Shown here piece by piece: positions 25,099 to 37,622 of a stretch of 64,000 nucleotides of DNA (the first letter of the stretch is position 1; every line of letters starts with the position of its first letter). This DNA is from Mobula hypostoma (taxonomy: Eukaryota). The stretch is taken from NCBI RefSeq assembly GCF_963921235.1, contig NC_086108.1:14136001-14200000 (forward strand), in the 5' to 3' direction. The translations under genes were made by a program, and so were the position numbers. The notes beneath the pieces were generated by a model that ran no database searches, was not told the DNA's origin, and worked only from the letters and a program-made list of their open reading frames with translations.

Positions 25099-26213
25099 AG
25101 GTGACTTATCTACCTTCAGACCTTTCAACTACCTAAGCACCTTGATCTTTGTCACCGTTACAACCTCACCAGTGTCATTTTTCAGCAGTCCGATATCCAC
25201 ACTCGCCTTTCTTTAACTCTTTATATAACTGAAAAAATACTTGGCATCTTCTTTTATATTATTGGCTAGCTTATCTTCATATTTCATCTTTTCACTCCTT
25301 ACTGCTTTTTTAGTTGTCTTCTGTTGGTTTTTAAAAGTTTCTTAATCCTCTAACTTCCCACTAATTTTTGCTATATTATATGTCCACTCTTCCTTTTACA
25401 TTGCCTTTGACTTCCTTTGTCAGCCACAGTTGCCTCATCCTCCCTTTCGAATTCTTCCTCATCTTTGGGATGTATCTACCCTGTGCCTCTGTAATTCCCT
25501 TTACTCTGCTGTAATACTGATAAATCTGACTTTATCATCTCTGTCTCAAAAAGCAGGGTGACTTCTATCATTATAACCACTGTCTCCTAAGGGTTTCTTT
25601 ACCTTAAGCTCCCAAATCAAATCTGATTCATTATACACCATGGAATCCCCCATGATGATCACAATATTGTCCTTTTTACAAGTCTTTTCCATATTCCATT
25701 GTAATTTGTATCTTACATCCTGGCTATTGTTTGGAAGGCTGTAGGTAACTCCCGTCAGGGTCTTTTTTTACCCTTGCGGTTTCTTAATTCTACCCACAAG
25801 GACTCTACAATTTCTGATCCTGCCGCCTCTTTCTAAGGATTTAATTTTATTTTTTACCAACAGAGACACCCCATCCCTTCTGCTTACTTGTCTGTCTCTT
25901 CAATATAATATTTATTCTTGGATGTAAGCTCCCAACTATGATCTTCTTACAGCCACGACTCAGTGCTGCTCACAACGTCATACCTGCCAATCTCTAAATT
26001 AGCTACAAGTTCATCTACTTTATTCCGTATACTGCATGCATTCAAATGTAACTCCTTCAGTCCTGCATTCATCACCCTGTTCATTTTTGCCCTCGTTACC
26101 AGAAGCTAAATTGTTATCCTTTTCTGAACCACACACTGCATCTACTTGTATACCAACTGCCCCATCCTCTGCCCTATCACTTCAGTTCCCGCTCCTGCTA
26201 AATTAATTTAGAC

Positions 26214-26293
26214 CAGGGGTTCCAATCTTCTTTTATGCCATGGGCCAACATCATTCACCAAGGGGTCCAAGGACCCTAGTTTGGGAATCCCTG
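26214..26293. mobile_element. 80-bp hAT (Charlie-like) MITE
   Basis: CAGGGGTTCCAA...TTGGGAATCCCTG termini; imperfect 8-bp TSD ATTTAGAC / GTTTAAAC; related partial copy at ~45937-46004. Confidence 0.72.
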
Positions 26294-26842
26294 GTTTAAA
26301 CTCTCCCCAATAGCTCCAGCAAACCTGCCTGCAAGTTTATTGGTCTCCCTCAGGTTCAGGTGTACCCCATCCCTTTTGTACAAGTCATACCTTCCCCAGA
26401 AGAGATCGCAATGATCTAGAAATCTGAAATGCTGCATCAATTCCTCAGCCTCATCTGCCAAAGCATCGTATTCTTACTCTCACTGGTGTGTGGCGCAGGC
26501 AGCAACCCAGAGATTATTACCCTGGAGGTCCTGCTTTTCAACCTTCTATCTACTCTCTACATTATCTCAAATACAAGAAAATTTGCCGAGGCTGGAAATC
26601 CAAGGTGTGTTGCCCTGTATTATCTATTCAGGTCCTCATCCCTTTTTGTACCGATGTTGTTGGTACCAATATGTACCACAACTTCTGGCTGCTCGCTCCC
26701 CCTCTCCCCCCCCCCCCCCCAGTATGGTCTGAGATATCCCGGACTCTGGGCCTGGGAGGCAACATACCATCTGAGTATCTCAGTCCAAGGAATCTCCTGT
26801 CTGCTCCCCAAACTATGGAATCCCCTATAACTACTGCAGTCT

Positions 26843-27290
26843 TAGACCATAAGACCATAAGATATAGGAGCAGAAATAGGCCATCTGGCCCGTCGAGTCT
26901 GCTCTGCCATTTCATCATGGCTAATCCAGTTTTCCTCTCAGACTAATCTCCTGCCTTCCCCCGTATCCCTTCATGCCCTGATCAATCAAGAATCTATAAC
27001 CTCTGCCTTAAATAAACATGAAGACTTGCCCCCCCACTGTTGCCTGTGGGAAAGAATTCTCCAGATTCACCACTCTCTGACTAAAGAAATTCCTCCTTAT
27101 CTCTATTCTAAAAGGACACCCTTCTAATCTGAGGCTGTCTCCTCTGATTTTAGACTTTTCCAGCATAGGAAATAACCTCTCTACATCTGTTCGATCAAGG
27201 CCTTTCATCATTCGAAAGGTTTCAATGAGGTCATCCCTCATTTTTTGAATTCCAGTGAATACAGGCCCAGAGCCAACAAACCCTCTTCGT
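26843..27290 (-). mobile_element. CR1 3' end nested in CR1 ORF1
   Basis: (GACCATAA)n tail; minus ORF RDDLIETFRMMKGLDR. Confidence 0.85.
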
Positions 27291-28244
27291 ATGACAGTGC
27301 TGTTCTTTTTACCCCTCTTCCCTTCTGAGCCACAGAGCCAGACTCAATGCCAGAAACCTGGTCTCTGTGGGTTTTCCCCCACTCCCTCAAACAGTGTCCA
27401 AGGCTGTATCCTGTATACTGGAGTAGAAAAGCCACAGGCATACTCTGCACTACCTGCCTATTCCCTTTCGCTTTCCTGACAATTTAGTGTCAAGGCCCTT
27501 TTGGCAAGTTGAAGCCCTTGGTATTCTGGTGATAGGTTTTCTCATGGAGACCCTGGTGCTTATGCAGAAACTTTATTCCAAATGCTTGCACTGATAAGAT
27601 TATCCTTTTGCACAAAGGGTCATAAGTTATTTTGTAACCGGCGGTACTTGGTAAATTGGCAATACCTTCACTACTGAAGAGCTTTGCATTCATAATAGGT
27701 AACTGTTGGTGTGATACAGTGAATTTACTCAATGGTACTTCTGAGTCATTTCCTCAAAATTGAAAATGATTAGCTTCTACTCGGGCTTTTGTTGATCCTG
27801 TGCTGTCTAATAAGCCCACGTGAGATCCATGGACCCATCCACAGATGGGACTGGAGGTAATTTATGAATTTGTACACTTTTTCCATTTACGGTGGGCTGT
27901 GTGCCTCAACTTATGAAGTTACCGATGACATCCTGAGTGCTGTTTTAAATGGACATGTGCGAAAGGCTCCGGAAAGTCAGTGGGGATTTTACACTCCAAG
28001 GAAGATTTAAATCTTTTTCTAATCAGCCTCAATCTCCTCCCATGACAACTTGAAAACATGTCAAATCGGGATATTGGTGTTGATCTGAGAATGGTGTGGC
28101 CTACTCAACAGAGTTGATTGACTACCAGGTCCTCAGTTTTGGAGATGTTGGCCTGTGAGAGGAACCTAACATTGACGATCTTTTCATTAAAATAAATCTG
28201 AAGGGTTTGCAGAGACAGTGAGCGATCTATCAGGTAGCTATTTG

Positions 28245-28419
28245 CATCAAAGTTGCTGGTGAGCGCAGCAGGCCAGGCAGCATCTGTAGGAAGAGGTGCA
28301 GTCGACGTTTTACGTCGACTGCACCTCTTCCTACAGATGCTGCCTGGCCTGCTGCGTTCACCAGCAACTTTGATGTGTGTTGCTTGAATTTCCAGCATCT
28401 GCAGAATTCCTGTTGTTTA
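28245..28419. mobile_element. Palindromic Penelope-type insertion with 16-bp flanking direct repeat
   Basis: Arms 28245-28308 and 28312-28375; AGGTAGCTATTTGCAT at 28232-28247 and 28420-28435 (the left repeat overlaps the arm by 3 nt). Confidence 0.8.
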
Positions 28420-29263
28420 AGGTAGCTATTTGCATGCGTTTGAAACTTGGACCACCTGCTGTAGCTTAATACATCCATCTTAGTCATCACATGGCAATAA
28501 CCATAGCTACAAGCTCCAACTCAATCACCAAAACCTCCTGCTTCCTCGCTGATCTACAGCTGAATTCCTTCCTTGCCTTTCTTACCTCCACAATATCTGT
28601 TTTCCTTTGGTTAGCCTCTTGCCTTGCATTTTCTGTGAGCTAGTTATTCAGAAGTCTTTTGCATATGGTCCACGCTCTGCCTGATCTGTTTTCTCATCAC
28701 TCCTGGCTGCTGACTTATATTAACACTTTGTCAATTAACACACTGATTTTGCTTAGAGACACAAGTCTGTAAATGCTAGAATCTTGAGCAAAAACATATT
28801 GCTGGAGGAACTTGTCAGATTAAGCAGAATCTGTGGAGGGAAATAGTCACTGTTTCTTCTGGACTATTTGCTTCCCTCCAAGGTTGCTACCTGATGCACT
28901 GAGTTCCTCGAGCAGCTCATTGATTTTTCTTGTCCTACTTTTGGTTCTCTCTGTGAGCTGCTTTCTCTTTCTCTGTAATCACTTCTGTCCTGTAATCAGA
29001 GGGGGCCCTTTATCACCCGGACAGCTATGGGGATCTGCAATGTCTGAGAGAGTAGTGGAAGCAGAGTCACTGACAGCATTTGAAAACTGTTTAGATGAAC
29101 ACTTGACTAGTTTTGGCACGGATGGTTATGGGTCAGGTCCTGAAAGGTGGGATTTATGCAGATAGGTGCTGACTGGTCAGTATGGGCAAGGTGGGCCAAA
29201 TGGCCTGTTTCTATGAACTCTCCAAGCCTGCACATCCTGGATTTCAATTGCTCCATTACTGAT

Positions 29264-29472
29264 AGTTGTTGCTGTTCCTTTTTCACTCTTTGTGGTGCAT
29301 CGGGTGGCAGCCTTGCTGTTTCTTTAGTGTTTTTACCTTTTTTTACGAGGCCAAATTGTTAGCTTGATCTTAACCCAGCATGGGTGGAAAGCATGGAAGG
29401 AGCCGGCCAGATTCGAACCCCGGACCACTTGCCTTGAAGTCTAGTGCAGATGTCACTACCCCATCAGCTGGC
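29264..29472 (-). mobile_element. tRNA-derived SINE (second family)
   Basis: Minus strand GCCAGCTGATGGGGTAGTG (A-box-like), GGTTCGAATC (B box), (CAA)n-like tail. Confidence 0.72.
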
Positions 29473-30689
29473 AAATGGCAGAAATATCAAGCCCCTAATT
29501 CTGGAATATTCACCCCGATGGCCTTGGCCATTCAGCCACTCTCTCCTCCTAGATGTTCTGAGGGTAAAAGACTTGATGTCTCCCAAGATCCACTGACAAA
29601 GTAATCTCAAGTGAACATGAGATGTTTAGAGTCCTGGACTGGAGGATGGCCAATGTTGTTCCTTTATTTAAGAAGAGCTGCAAGGATAAGCTGGGTAATT
29701 ATAGGCTGATTTTACATCGGTGACAGGGAAATTAATGGAGAAAATTTTAAGAAGACAGGACTGTGACCTTGAAAAGATAGGGACTGTTTAAGGATAACAA
29801 GCATGGCTTTATGTAGGGAAAGTTCTGTCTTGCTAATTTAAGCAGTCCTTTTATTGATGAGGGCAGGGTGGCAAATGTTATCTTCTTAGGGCAATTGACA
29901 AGATCTGCATTTTAGGTTGGTCCGGGAGATTCCAATGCAACCTGGCTCATTGGATCCAAAATTGGCTTGGTAAAAGGAGTGGGAGGGTAGTGGTACAAGT
30001 CTAGGAACTAGTGGTGTACCATACCAATCAATGCTGGGTTCTTTGCTCTTTGTGATATATGTACATTAATGGCTTGCATGTGAATGTAAGACGTATGATA
30101 AGTTTGCGGATGACACAAAAATTGCTGTTGTTGTGAATATCGTGGAAGGTTATCCAAAGCTACTGCAGTTTATAGATTGGATAGAAAATTAGGCAGTGCG
30201 TTGGCAGGTGGAAATTAATCTCAATGAAAATTTTGGGAGATCAAATAGAGGTAGGATATGTACAGGAAATGGTAGGGCACTATGGAGAATTGATGAGCAG
30301 AGAGATTTGGGAATTTTAAGTCCATAGTTCCTTGAGAGTGCGATACTGATCAAGAGGGTGGTGAAGAAGGCATTTATGATGCTTGCCTTCATAGTGCAAG
30401 ACATAGAGTAAAAAGGATAGATACTAAGTTGCAAATTTATCAGAGCGCACTTGAGAACTCTATGCAGATCTTGTTGTCACACTATGGAAAGGAGGTGAGA
30501 GACTGGAGAGGAGATTCACCAGGACGTTGCCTGGATTAAAGGACTTCAGCTGTTGGGAGAGAAATTGGACAGGCTTGGTTACAAAAGTGACCTTGGATAG
30601 GTTACGAGAATCCCCTGAATAAAAAAAAAACAAAAAGTTCAGAAAGGGATAAGAATTTAACTTCCAGGAACAGGAGGTAAAATTGAAAA

Positions 30690-31575
30690 GGGTTATGAAT
30701 ACAGGACTGAAGGTGTCAACTTTCAATGCACGCAGTATATGGAATGAGGTCGATATCTTCTAGCACAGTTAGAAATTAGCAGATATGATGTTATGGGCAT
30801 CGCAGATACATGGCTAAAAGAAGATCACAGTAGGGAGCTTAACATCCAAGGATACACACTGTATCAAAAGGATGGGCAGGTAGGCAGAGGAGGTGCTCTG
30901 TTTAATAAAAAACATATGTATAAAAATATGTGTGTGTGCCTAAAACTTTTGTGCAATATTGTACACCCTAAAGAAGAATAGGTATTCTTAAGGGAGGATG
31001 AGGCAACCATAGTTGACAAGAGAATCAAAGGCAGCATAAAAGCAAAAGAGATGGCATTTAATATAGCACAAAGCAAAAATAGATGGGAAGCTAGAGGATT
31101 GGGAAGCTTTTAAAAACCAACAGAAGGCAACTAAAAAAACAAGGAGAGAAAAGATGAAATATGAAGTTAAGCAAGCCAATAATATAGAAGAGGATACCAA
31201 AAGTTCTTAGCAGATATATAAAGAGAAAAGAGAGACAGTTGTGGATATCAGATCTCTGGAAAATGACACTGAAGAGGTAGTAATGGAGGATAAAGAAATG
31301 CCGGATGAACTGAATAAGTATTTTGCATCAGTCTTCACTTTATAAGAAACCAGCAGAGTGGAAGGAATTCGAGCGTGTCAGGGGGCAGTAGTGAGTGTAG
31401 TTACGATTACTAAGGAAGCTTGGGAAGCTGAAAGATCTGAAGGTAGATAAGTCACTTGGACCAAATGGATGACACCCCAATGCTCTGAAAGACATAGCTG
31501 AAGAGATTGTGGAGGCATTAGCAATGATCATTCAAGAATCAGTAGAATATGGAATAGTTGCAGAGGATTGGGAAT
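30690..31575 (+). mobile_element. Internally deleted CR1 ORF2 fragment
   Basis: GIADTWLKEDHSRELNIQGY endonuclease motif jumping to mid-ORF2 sequence. Confidence 0.75.
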
Positions 31576-31576
31576 T

Positions 31577-34500
31577 GTTATATAGGAACTACAGGGAGGT
31601 AATCACCCCCACGTAGCAGGAGGCAGGTAACTGGGTGACTGAGTCATGAGAAGGAAGGGAAATGTACCCTGTGGCCATTAACCTCAATAATAAGTATCCT
31701 GTTTTTGATTGTGTTGAGAGGCGAGACCTACCAGGGGAAACCGTCGCAATCAGGTCTCTGGTACTGAGTCTGGGGCTGTGGCTCAGAAGAGAAGAGAGAT
31801 GAAGGGGACTGCAGTGGTGATAGGAGATTCCATAGTTAGATGAATAGAGGTGAGATTCTGTGGGCACAATAGAGACACCGGGATTGTATGTTGCCTCCAG
31901 GATGATATGTTGCTTCGCAGGTGCCAGGACAAGGATGGCTTGGATGTCTACAGTGTTCTAAAGGGGGAGCAGCCAGAAGTCTTGGTACATATTGGGGCCA
32001 ATGACATGGGTAGGAAAAGTGAGGAAGTCTTGAAGACAGATTTTAGGCAACTAAGTAGAAAGCTGAAAAGTAGGACCACCAGAGTAGTAATCTCTGAATT
32101 GCTGCCTGTGCCCCGTGCCAGTGAAGATAAGAATAGGATGATTTGGCAGGTGAATGCATGGCAGGGGGCAGGTGTTCACATTTCTGCGTCATTGTGATCG
32201 CTTCTTGGGACCTATACAAAAGTGATGGGTTGCACCTGAACCCAAGGGGGACTAATATCCTTGCGGGCCAGTTTGGTAGAGCTGTTCTGGCGGATTTAAA
32301 CTAATCTGGCAGGGGAATGGGAACCAGAGTGATAGTGCTGGTAACAGGGTAGTTGGTTTGCATACAGCGGCAGTGTGTAATAAGACTACTAGCAAAGAGA
32401 GGCTGATGACAGGGCAAAATTACAGTCAATGGGATGAGTTGCAATGTAAGAGGGGGAGAAATTCACAAAGGTGATGAAATATAGGACTGAAGGCACTATA
32501 TTTTAATGCACACAGTATACAGGAGAAGGTAGTTGAACATGTAGCACAGTTAGGGATTGCCAGGTATGACATTTTGGGCATCACTGAATCATGGCTGAGA
32601 GAAGGTTATACCTGGGAGCTTAACAGCCAAGGATACACATTGTATTGAAAGGACAGAGGGGCTGAGGTGGCTCTGTTGGTAAAAAATGAAATCATATTCT
32701 TAGAAAGAGGTGACATTGGATTGGAAGTGTAGAATCATGGGTACAGCTAGGAAACTGCAAAGCTAAGAAGATCTTGATGGGATTTATATACAGGCCTCCG
32801 AACAATAACCAGGATGTGGGCTACATATATTACAATGGTAGATAGAAAAGGCTTGTCAAAAGGACACTGTTTCAATAGATTTTGGGGATTTCAATACGCA
32901 GATAGACTGGGAAAATCAGGTTGGTGCTGGATCGCAAGCGGGGGAATTGGTAGAAAGCTGATAAGGTGGCTTTTCAGAGCAGCTCGTGGTTGAGCCCACT
33001 AAGCTATTCGAGATTGAGTGTTGTGTGATGAACCAGAACAGAGCTCGAGGTAAAGGAATCCATTGGGAGGGAAGTGATCATAATGTGATTGAATTCACCT
33101 TGCAATTTCAGAGGGAGAAGCTAAAATCAGACGTATCAGTATTACAGTGGATTAATGGGAATTACAGGGGCATGAGAGAGGAACTGGCCAAAGTTGATTG
33201 AAAGAGGACGCTAGCAGGGATGATGGCAGAGCAGCAATGGATGGTTTTTCTGGGAGCAATTCATTAGATGCAGGATAGATACATCCCAAAGAAGTAGTTG
33301 TTTTTTTAAAGGAAGGATGATGCAACCATGGTTTATAAGAAAGTCAAGACCAACATAAAAGACAAAGAGAGGGCATATAATAGACCAAAAGTTAGTAGGA
33401 AGTTAGAGGATTGGGAAGCTTTTAAAAACCAACAGAAGGCAACTAAAAAGTTATAAATAGGGAAAGGATGGAGAATATGAAGATAAACTAGCCAGAAATT
33501 TTTCAAATATATAAAGAGTAAAAGAGAGGCAGGAGTAGATATCGGTCTGCTGGAAAGGTAGTAATGGGGAACAAAGAAATGTCAGATGCACTGAATAAGT
33601 ATTTTGCGTCATTCTTCACTGTGGAAGGCGCTAACAGTATGCTGAAAGTTTGAGAGTGTCAGAGGGCAAGCGTGAATGAAATTGCTATTACTAGGATGAA
33701 GATGCTTGGGATACTGAAAGGTCTGAAGGTAGATAATTCATCTGGACGAGATGGTCTACACCCCAGGGTTCTGAAATAGGTGGCTGAAGAGACTGTTGAG
33801 AAATTAGTAATGCTGTTTCAAGAATCAATAGATTCTGGCATTGTTCCAGAGGGCTGAACGATTGCAAATGTCACTGCAATCTTCAGCAGGGAGAGAGGGA
33901 GAAGGAAGGAAATTATAGGGCAGTTAGTCTGATCTCAGTGGTTGGGAAGATGTTGGAGTCAATTATTAAGGATCTGGTTTCTGGGTAATTGGAAGCACAT
34001 GATAAAATAGGCCAAAGTCAGCATGGTTTCCTTAAGGGAAATTTTTGCCTGATAAATCTGTTGGAGTTCTTTGAAGAAGTAACAAGCAGGATAGACAATC
34101 AGTGGAAGGTTATATACTTGGATTTTCAGAAGGCTTTTGACAAGGTGTTGCACATGAGATTGTTTAACAAGTTAAGCGCTTTTAACAACGTGGTATTACA
34201 GGAAAGATACTAGCATGGATAGGCAATTGGCTGACTGACAGGAAACAAAGAGTGGGAACAAAGAGGGCCTTTTTTGGTTGGCTGCTGGTGGCTAGTGGTG
34301 TTCCACTAGGGTCTGAGTTGGGACTGCTTTTTTTCACATTATGTGTCAATGATTTAGATTCAGGATTGATGGGCTTCTGGCTGAGTTTGTGGACAAGACA
34401 AAGATAGGCAGGGGTGCAGGTAGTATTGAGGAAGCAGGGAGTCATATACTTCGGTAGAAGGACTAAAGACATAGACTATTTTCTAAATGGAGAGAAAAAT

Positions 34501-35228
34501 CAGAAATCAGAGGCACATAAGGAATTGGAAATCCTTGTGCAGTATTCCATTAAGGTTAATTTACAGGCTGTCTGTGGTAAGGAAGGCAAATACAATGTAG
34601 CATTCATGTTGAGAGGACTAGAATATAAAAAACAAGAATGTATGCTGTGCCCCCTTTTCTAAGAAAGAATGTGCTAACATTGGAGAAGGTACAGAGGAGG
34701 CTTACAAGAATGATCCCAGGAATGAAAGGATTAACTTATGAAGAGCATTTGATGGCTCTGGACCTATACCCCCGGAGTGTGGAACAATGAAGGGGGTTCT
34801 CATTGAAACCTATCTAATATTGAAAGGCCCAGAGAGACTGGATGTGGAGAAGATGTTCCCTACTGTGGCACAGTGTAGAATCAGAGGGCATAGCCTCAGA
34901 ATATAAGGACATCCCTTTAGCACGGAGGAACTTCTTTAGCCAGAGGGTGGTGTATTTGTGGATTTCATTGCTGCGAAACCGGGCGCATCCATTGTCTACT
35001 TAGACAGACGGAGCCATTATTATTGTTATTATATAGTGGCTGTGTAGGTTTGTTATTGGATATACTTAAAGCAGAGGTTGATAGTTTCTTGATTAGTAAG
35101 GGTCTCAAAGGAGTGGGAAGAAGGATGGGGAACAGTGTTTAGAGGGATAATAGATCAGCCATGGTGAAATGGTGGAACAGACTCGATGGGCTGATTAGCC
35201 TAATGCCTCTTCTTTGTCGTATGGTCTG
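31577..35228 (+). mobile_element. Near full-length degenerate CR1 LINE
   Basis: ORF1 esterase (GEQPEVLVHIGAND), GSDHN endonuclease motif, QHGF/YLDFQKAFDKV RT motifs, 3' UTR. Confidence 0.9.
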
Positions 35229-36689
35229 ATGGCTGGTCTTCTTTTCCCTGGAACAAAGGAGGCTGGGGGTTACGATGATATGCTTAGATAGAAGCGATGA
35301 CAAAACCTTTTTCCCACGATAAGGATGTCAAAAACAAGAGGGCATAGGTTTAAGGTGAGATAAAAAGTTTTAAAGGGGATATCTGGAATGCGGTGTCTGA
35401 AGAAGGTGATGGAATCAAATACAATAACAATGTTTAACGACCAAAGCGTACAGTTCAAATGGGGAAAAAAGTACACGGGTGGTAATGTCACTATGTACAT
35501 GGAGGGCCGAAGGGCTGGTTTCTGTGCTGTACAATGTTGTGATTATTTTCCTTTCCTATGCACTAGCTATAATATACTGATAGCTTTACTATCTTTGGTT
35601 TACTGATCATCATCCTGCATCTAAGTCAGGTGGTTTTGTTTTAAGTCTCAAGCTGGAAGCCCGAGTACAAAAATCAAACCTGTCACTTCAATGTATGTAG
35701 TGAATAGTGAATACTGCTGTTCTTTAAATGTTCCCTTGCATCAAGTAAATGAACAAAGATATGTCCATGGTTGTTTATCCCTCTGTGGATTATACAAGCT
35801 CATATGCTATCATAATCATATTGCTGTGATGTGAATTTTTGATGGGTTCAGTGGGTTGCTGTATTTCCTACGTAGCAATAATTATTCCACTTCAGAAGTA
35901 CTTCGTAGTCTGTAAAGCACTTTTGAGTGACCTGAGCCTGTGAAAGGTAATGTTGTTGCTACAGTGCAACTCTGTCCATGCCTGCTGTAAGTCTGAATAC
36001 ATGCATATTTTATTATATGCAATACCATAACTGTCTATTATTATCTAGGAGCTTATTTCCATTGACAAACGTGTGATCTGATTATATATTTGGTTTAGCT
36101 CTGGACCTGTGTATATGGAAATGATAATTTTTTTTCTCTTTACATGTGTGTGCCTACTTTGTAGCATAGTAATAAATTACATCACTGGGTTCTACTCCTG
36201 CTGTGAAATGTTGGCATAATGGTTGAGGGTGGTAATATCATTTACCTGCGTGGATCGTGATAATTGACTGTTACAATGGGATTTGTCTCCATTCTGTGTG
36301 TGTGCTTCTAGCTTACTGCTCTGCTGGCCTCTTCTCTGTCCATTGCGTAGTGATATAATTGGCTCTAGATAATTGGCTCTGCCTTGCATGAAATGTAAGA
36401 CTTTGTTTTAGAGGGCTTTTTCTCAATTGTGGCTATAATTTATTGGTACATTGCAGCTAATTTGTATACATGCTCTTAATTTGTTCATGTGCGAGATAGA
36501 CTCTGTTCATTTCCTGAAAAAAATACTGCAGCCTGCTGTGCTCTGCCTGTAGCTTGCTACTTGAGTAGAATTTAGTATGAATTTGTCCGCCCTGTAAATT
36601 TTAGCATTATCTTTTTGTTTGGTTCTAATCTTACACTTTGGCATGCGAGTGTGCAGCTGAATGAGAGTTGCAACAGAGGTGCCATGGGA

Positions 36690-37215
36690 GTGAAAAGGCA
36701 TTTGGTATGCCCGCCTTCGTAGGTTAAGGTACCGAACTTAAAGAGTTCTGATGTTCCAGTTGTCCAAAAAACGTTGGTTAGACTGCTCTTGGAGCATTGT
36801 GTACTGTTCTAGTCATGGTAGTATTAGAGTGCAGGCATGATTCACTGCTGTTGCCTGGAATGGAGGGCTGTAGTTATGTGGAGAAATGCGGATAGGCTGG
36901 GTCTGTTTTCCTTGGAGTGAAGGGGATAGGTGGTGACCTCATGGACAGTTTATAAAATCATGATGGACATAGAAAAGGTGAAAGGTCACAGTTTTTTCAG
37001 GGTACTGGAGTCTAAACCCAGAGGGCATAGGTTTAAAGTCAGAGGGGAAAGATTTAAAGGGAACATGAAGGGTAACCTTTTCACACTGAGGTTGGTGGGT
37101 ATATGGAACATGTTGCCAGAGGAAGTGTACAATTGCATAAATGGGCAAAGGCAGGAAAATTGGGACCAGCTTAGAAAGACACCTGGGTCACTATGGACAA
37201 GTTGGGCTGAAGTTC
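36690..37215 (+). mobile_element. CR1 3' fragment
   Basis: ORF SKPRGHRFKVRGERFKGN...WNMLP. Confidence 0.78.
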
Positions 37216-37393
37216 AGATTTATTGTTATGGGCATAAATGCCATGAATATTAGCTTCCTGCAATAACAGAATGGTATTGTATAATCATGACAAGCATACA
37301 TTACATACTGTAAATGCAATTGAACATAAGGTAACACCGGAAATCTCTCTGCATTTTATAACTGATTCTATAACTGGAATAAATTTGTATCTG

Positions 37394-37622
37394 TGTGGTA
37401 AACCATGTATATATGTTGTAACTCGGTTGCCTGTCTGGACACACCCCTCTGCTGACTGCCCCTGTGGCTCCTCCCACAGAGTCCTGTATAAAGGTGTTCG
37501 CCTTGCCCCTCCCCCTCAGTCCGGGGGCAGACACTCACTGTGGAGGTCGTATTGTACAGCGAATAAAAACCTTTCAGTATTTTACCAAACCTCAGTCTTT
37601 TGGAGTAATTGAAGGTGCTTCA
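37394..37622 (+). mobile_element. Solo LTR (229 bp)
   Basis: TG...CA termini, perfect 5-bp TSD ATCTG (37389-37393, 37623-37627), TATAAA at 37487, AATAAA at 37562. Confidence 0.85.

Larger units (their letters stand above)
24950..27480 (-). mobile_element. CR1 LINE 5' half (SGNH esterase ORF1 plus endonuclease), hosting a MITE and a CR1 3' end
   Basis: AVVIGDSIV, EQPEVVVHIGTN, DLYKRDGVHLN motifs on minus strand. Confidence 0.85.
29625..35550 (+). mobile_element. Old CR1 split by ~4.65 kb of younger CR1 sequence
   Basis: RT sequence stops at GGACAGGCTTGG (~30578) and resumes with CTTTTCCCTGGAAC (~35235). Confidence 0.7.
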
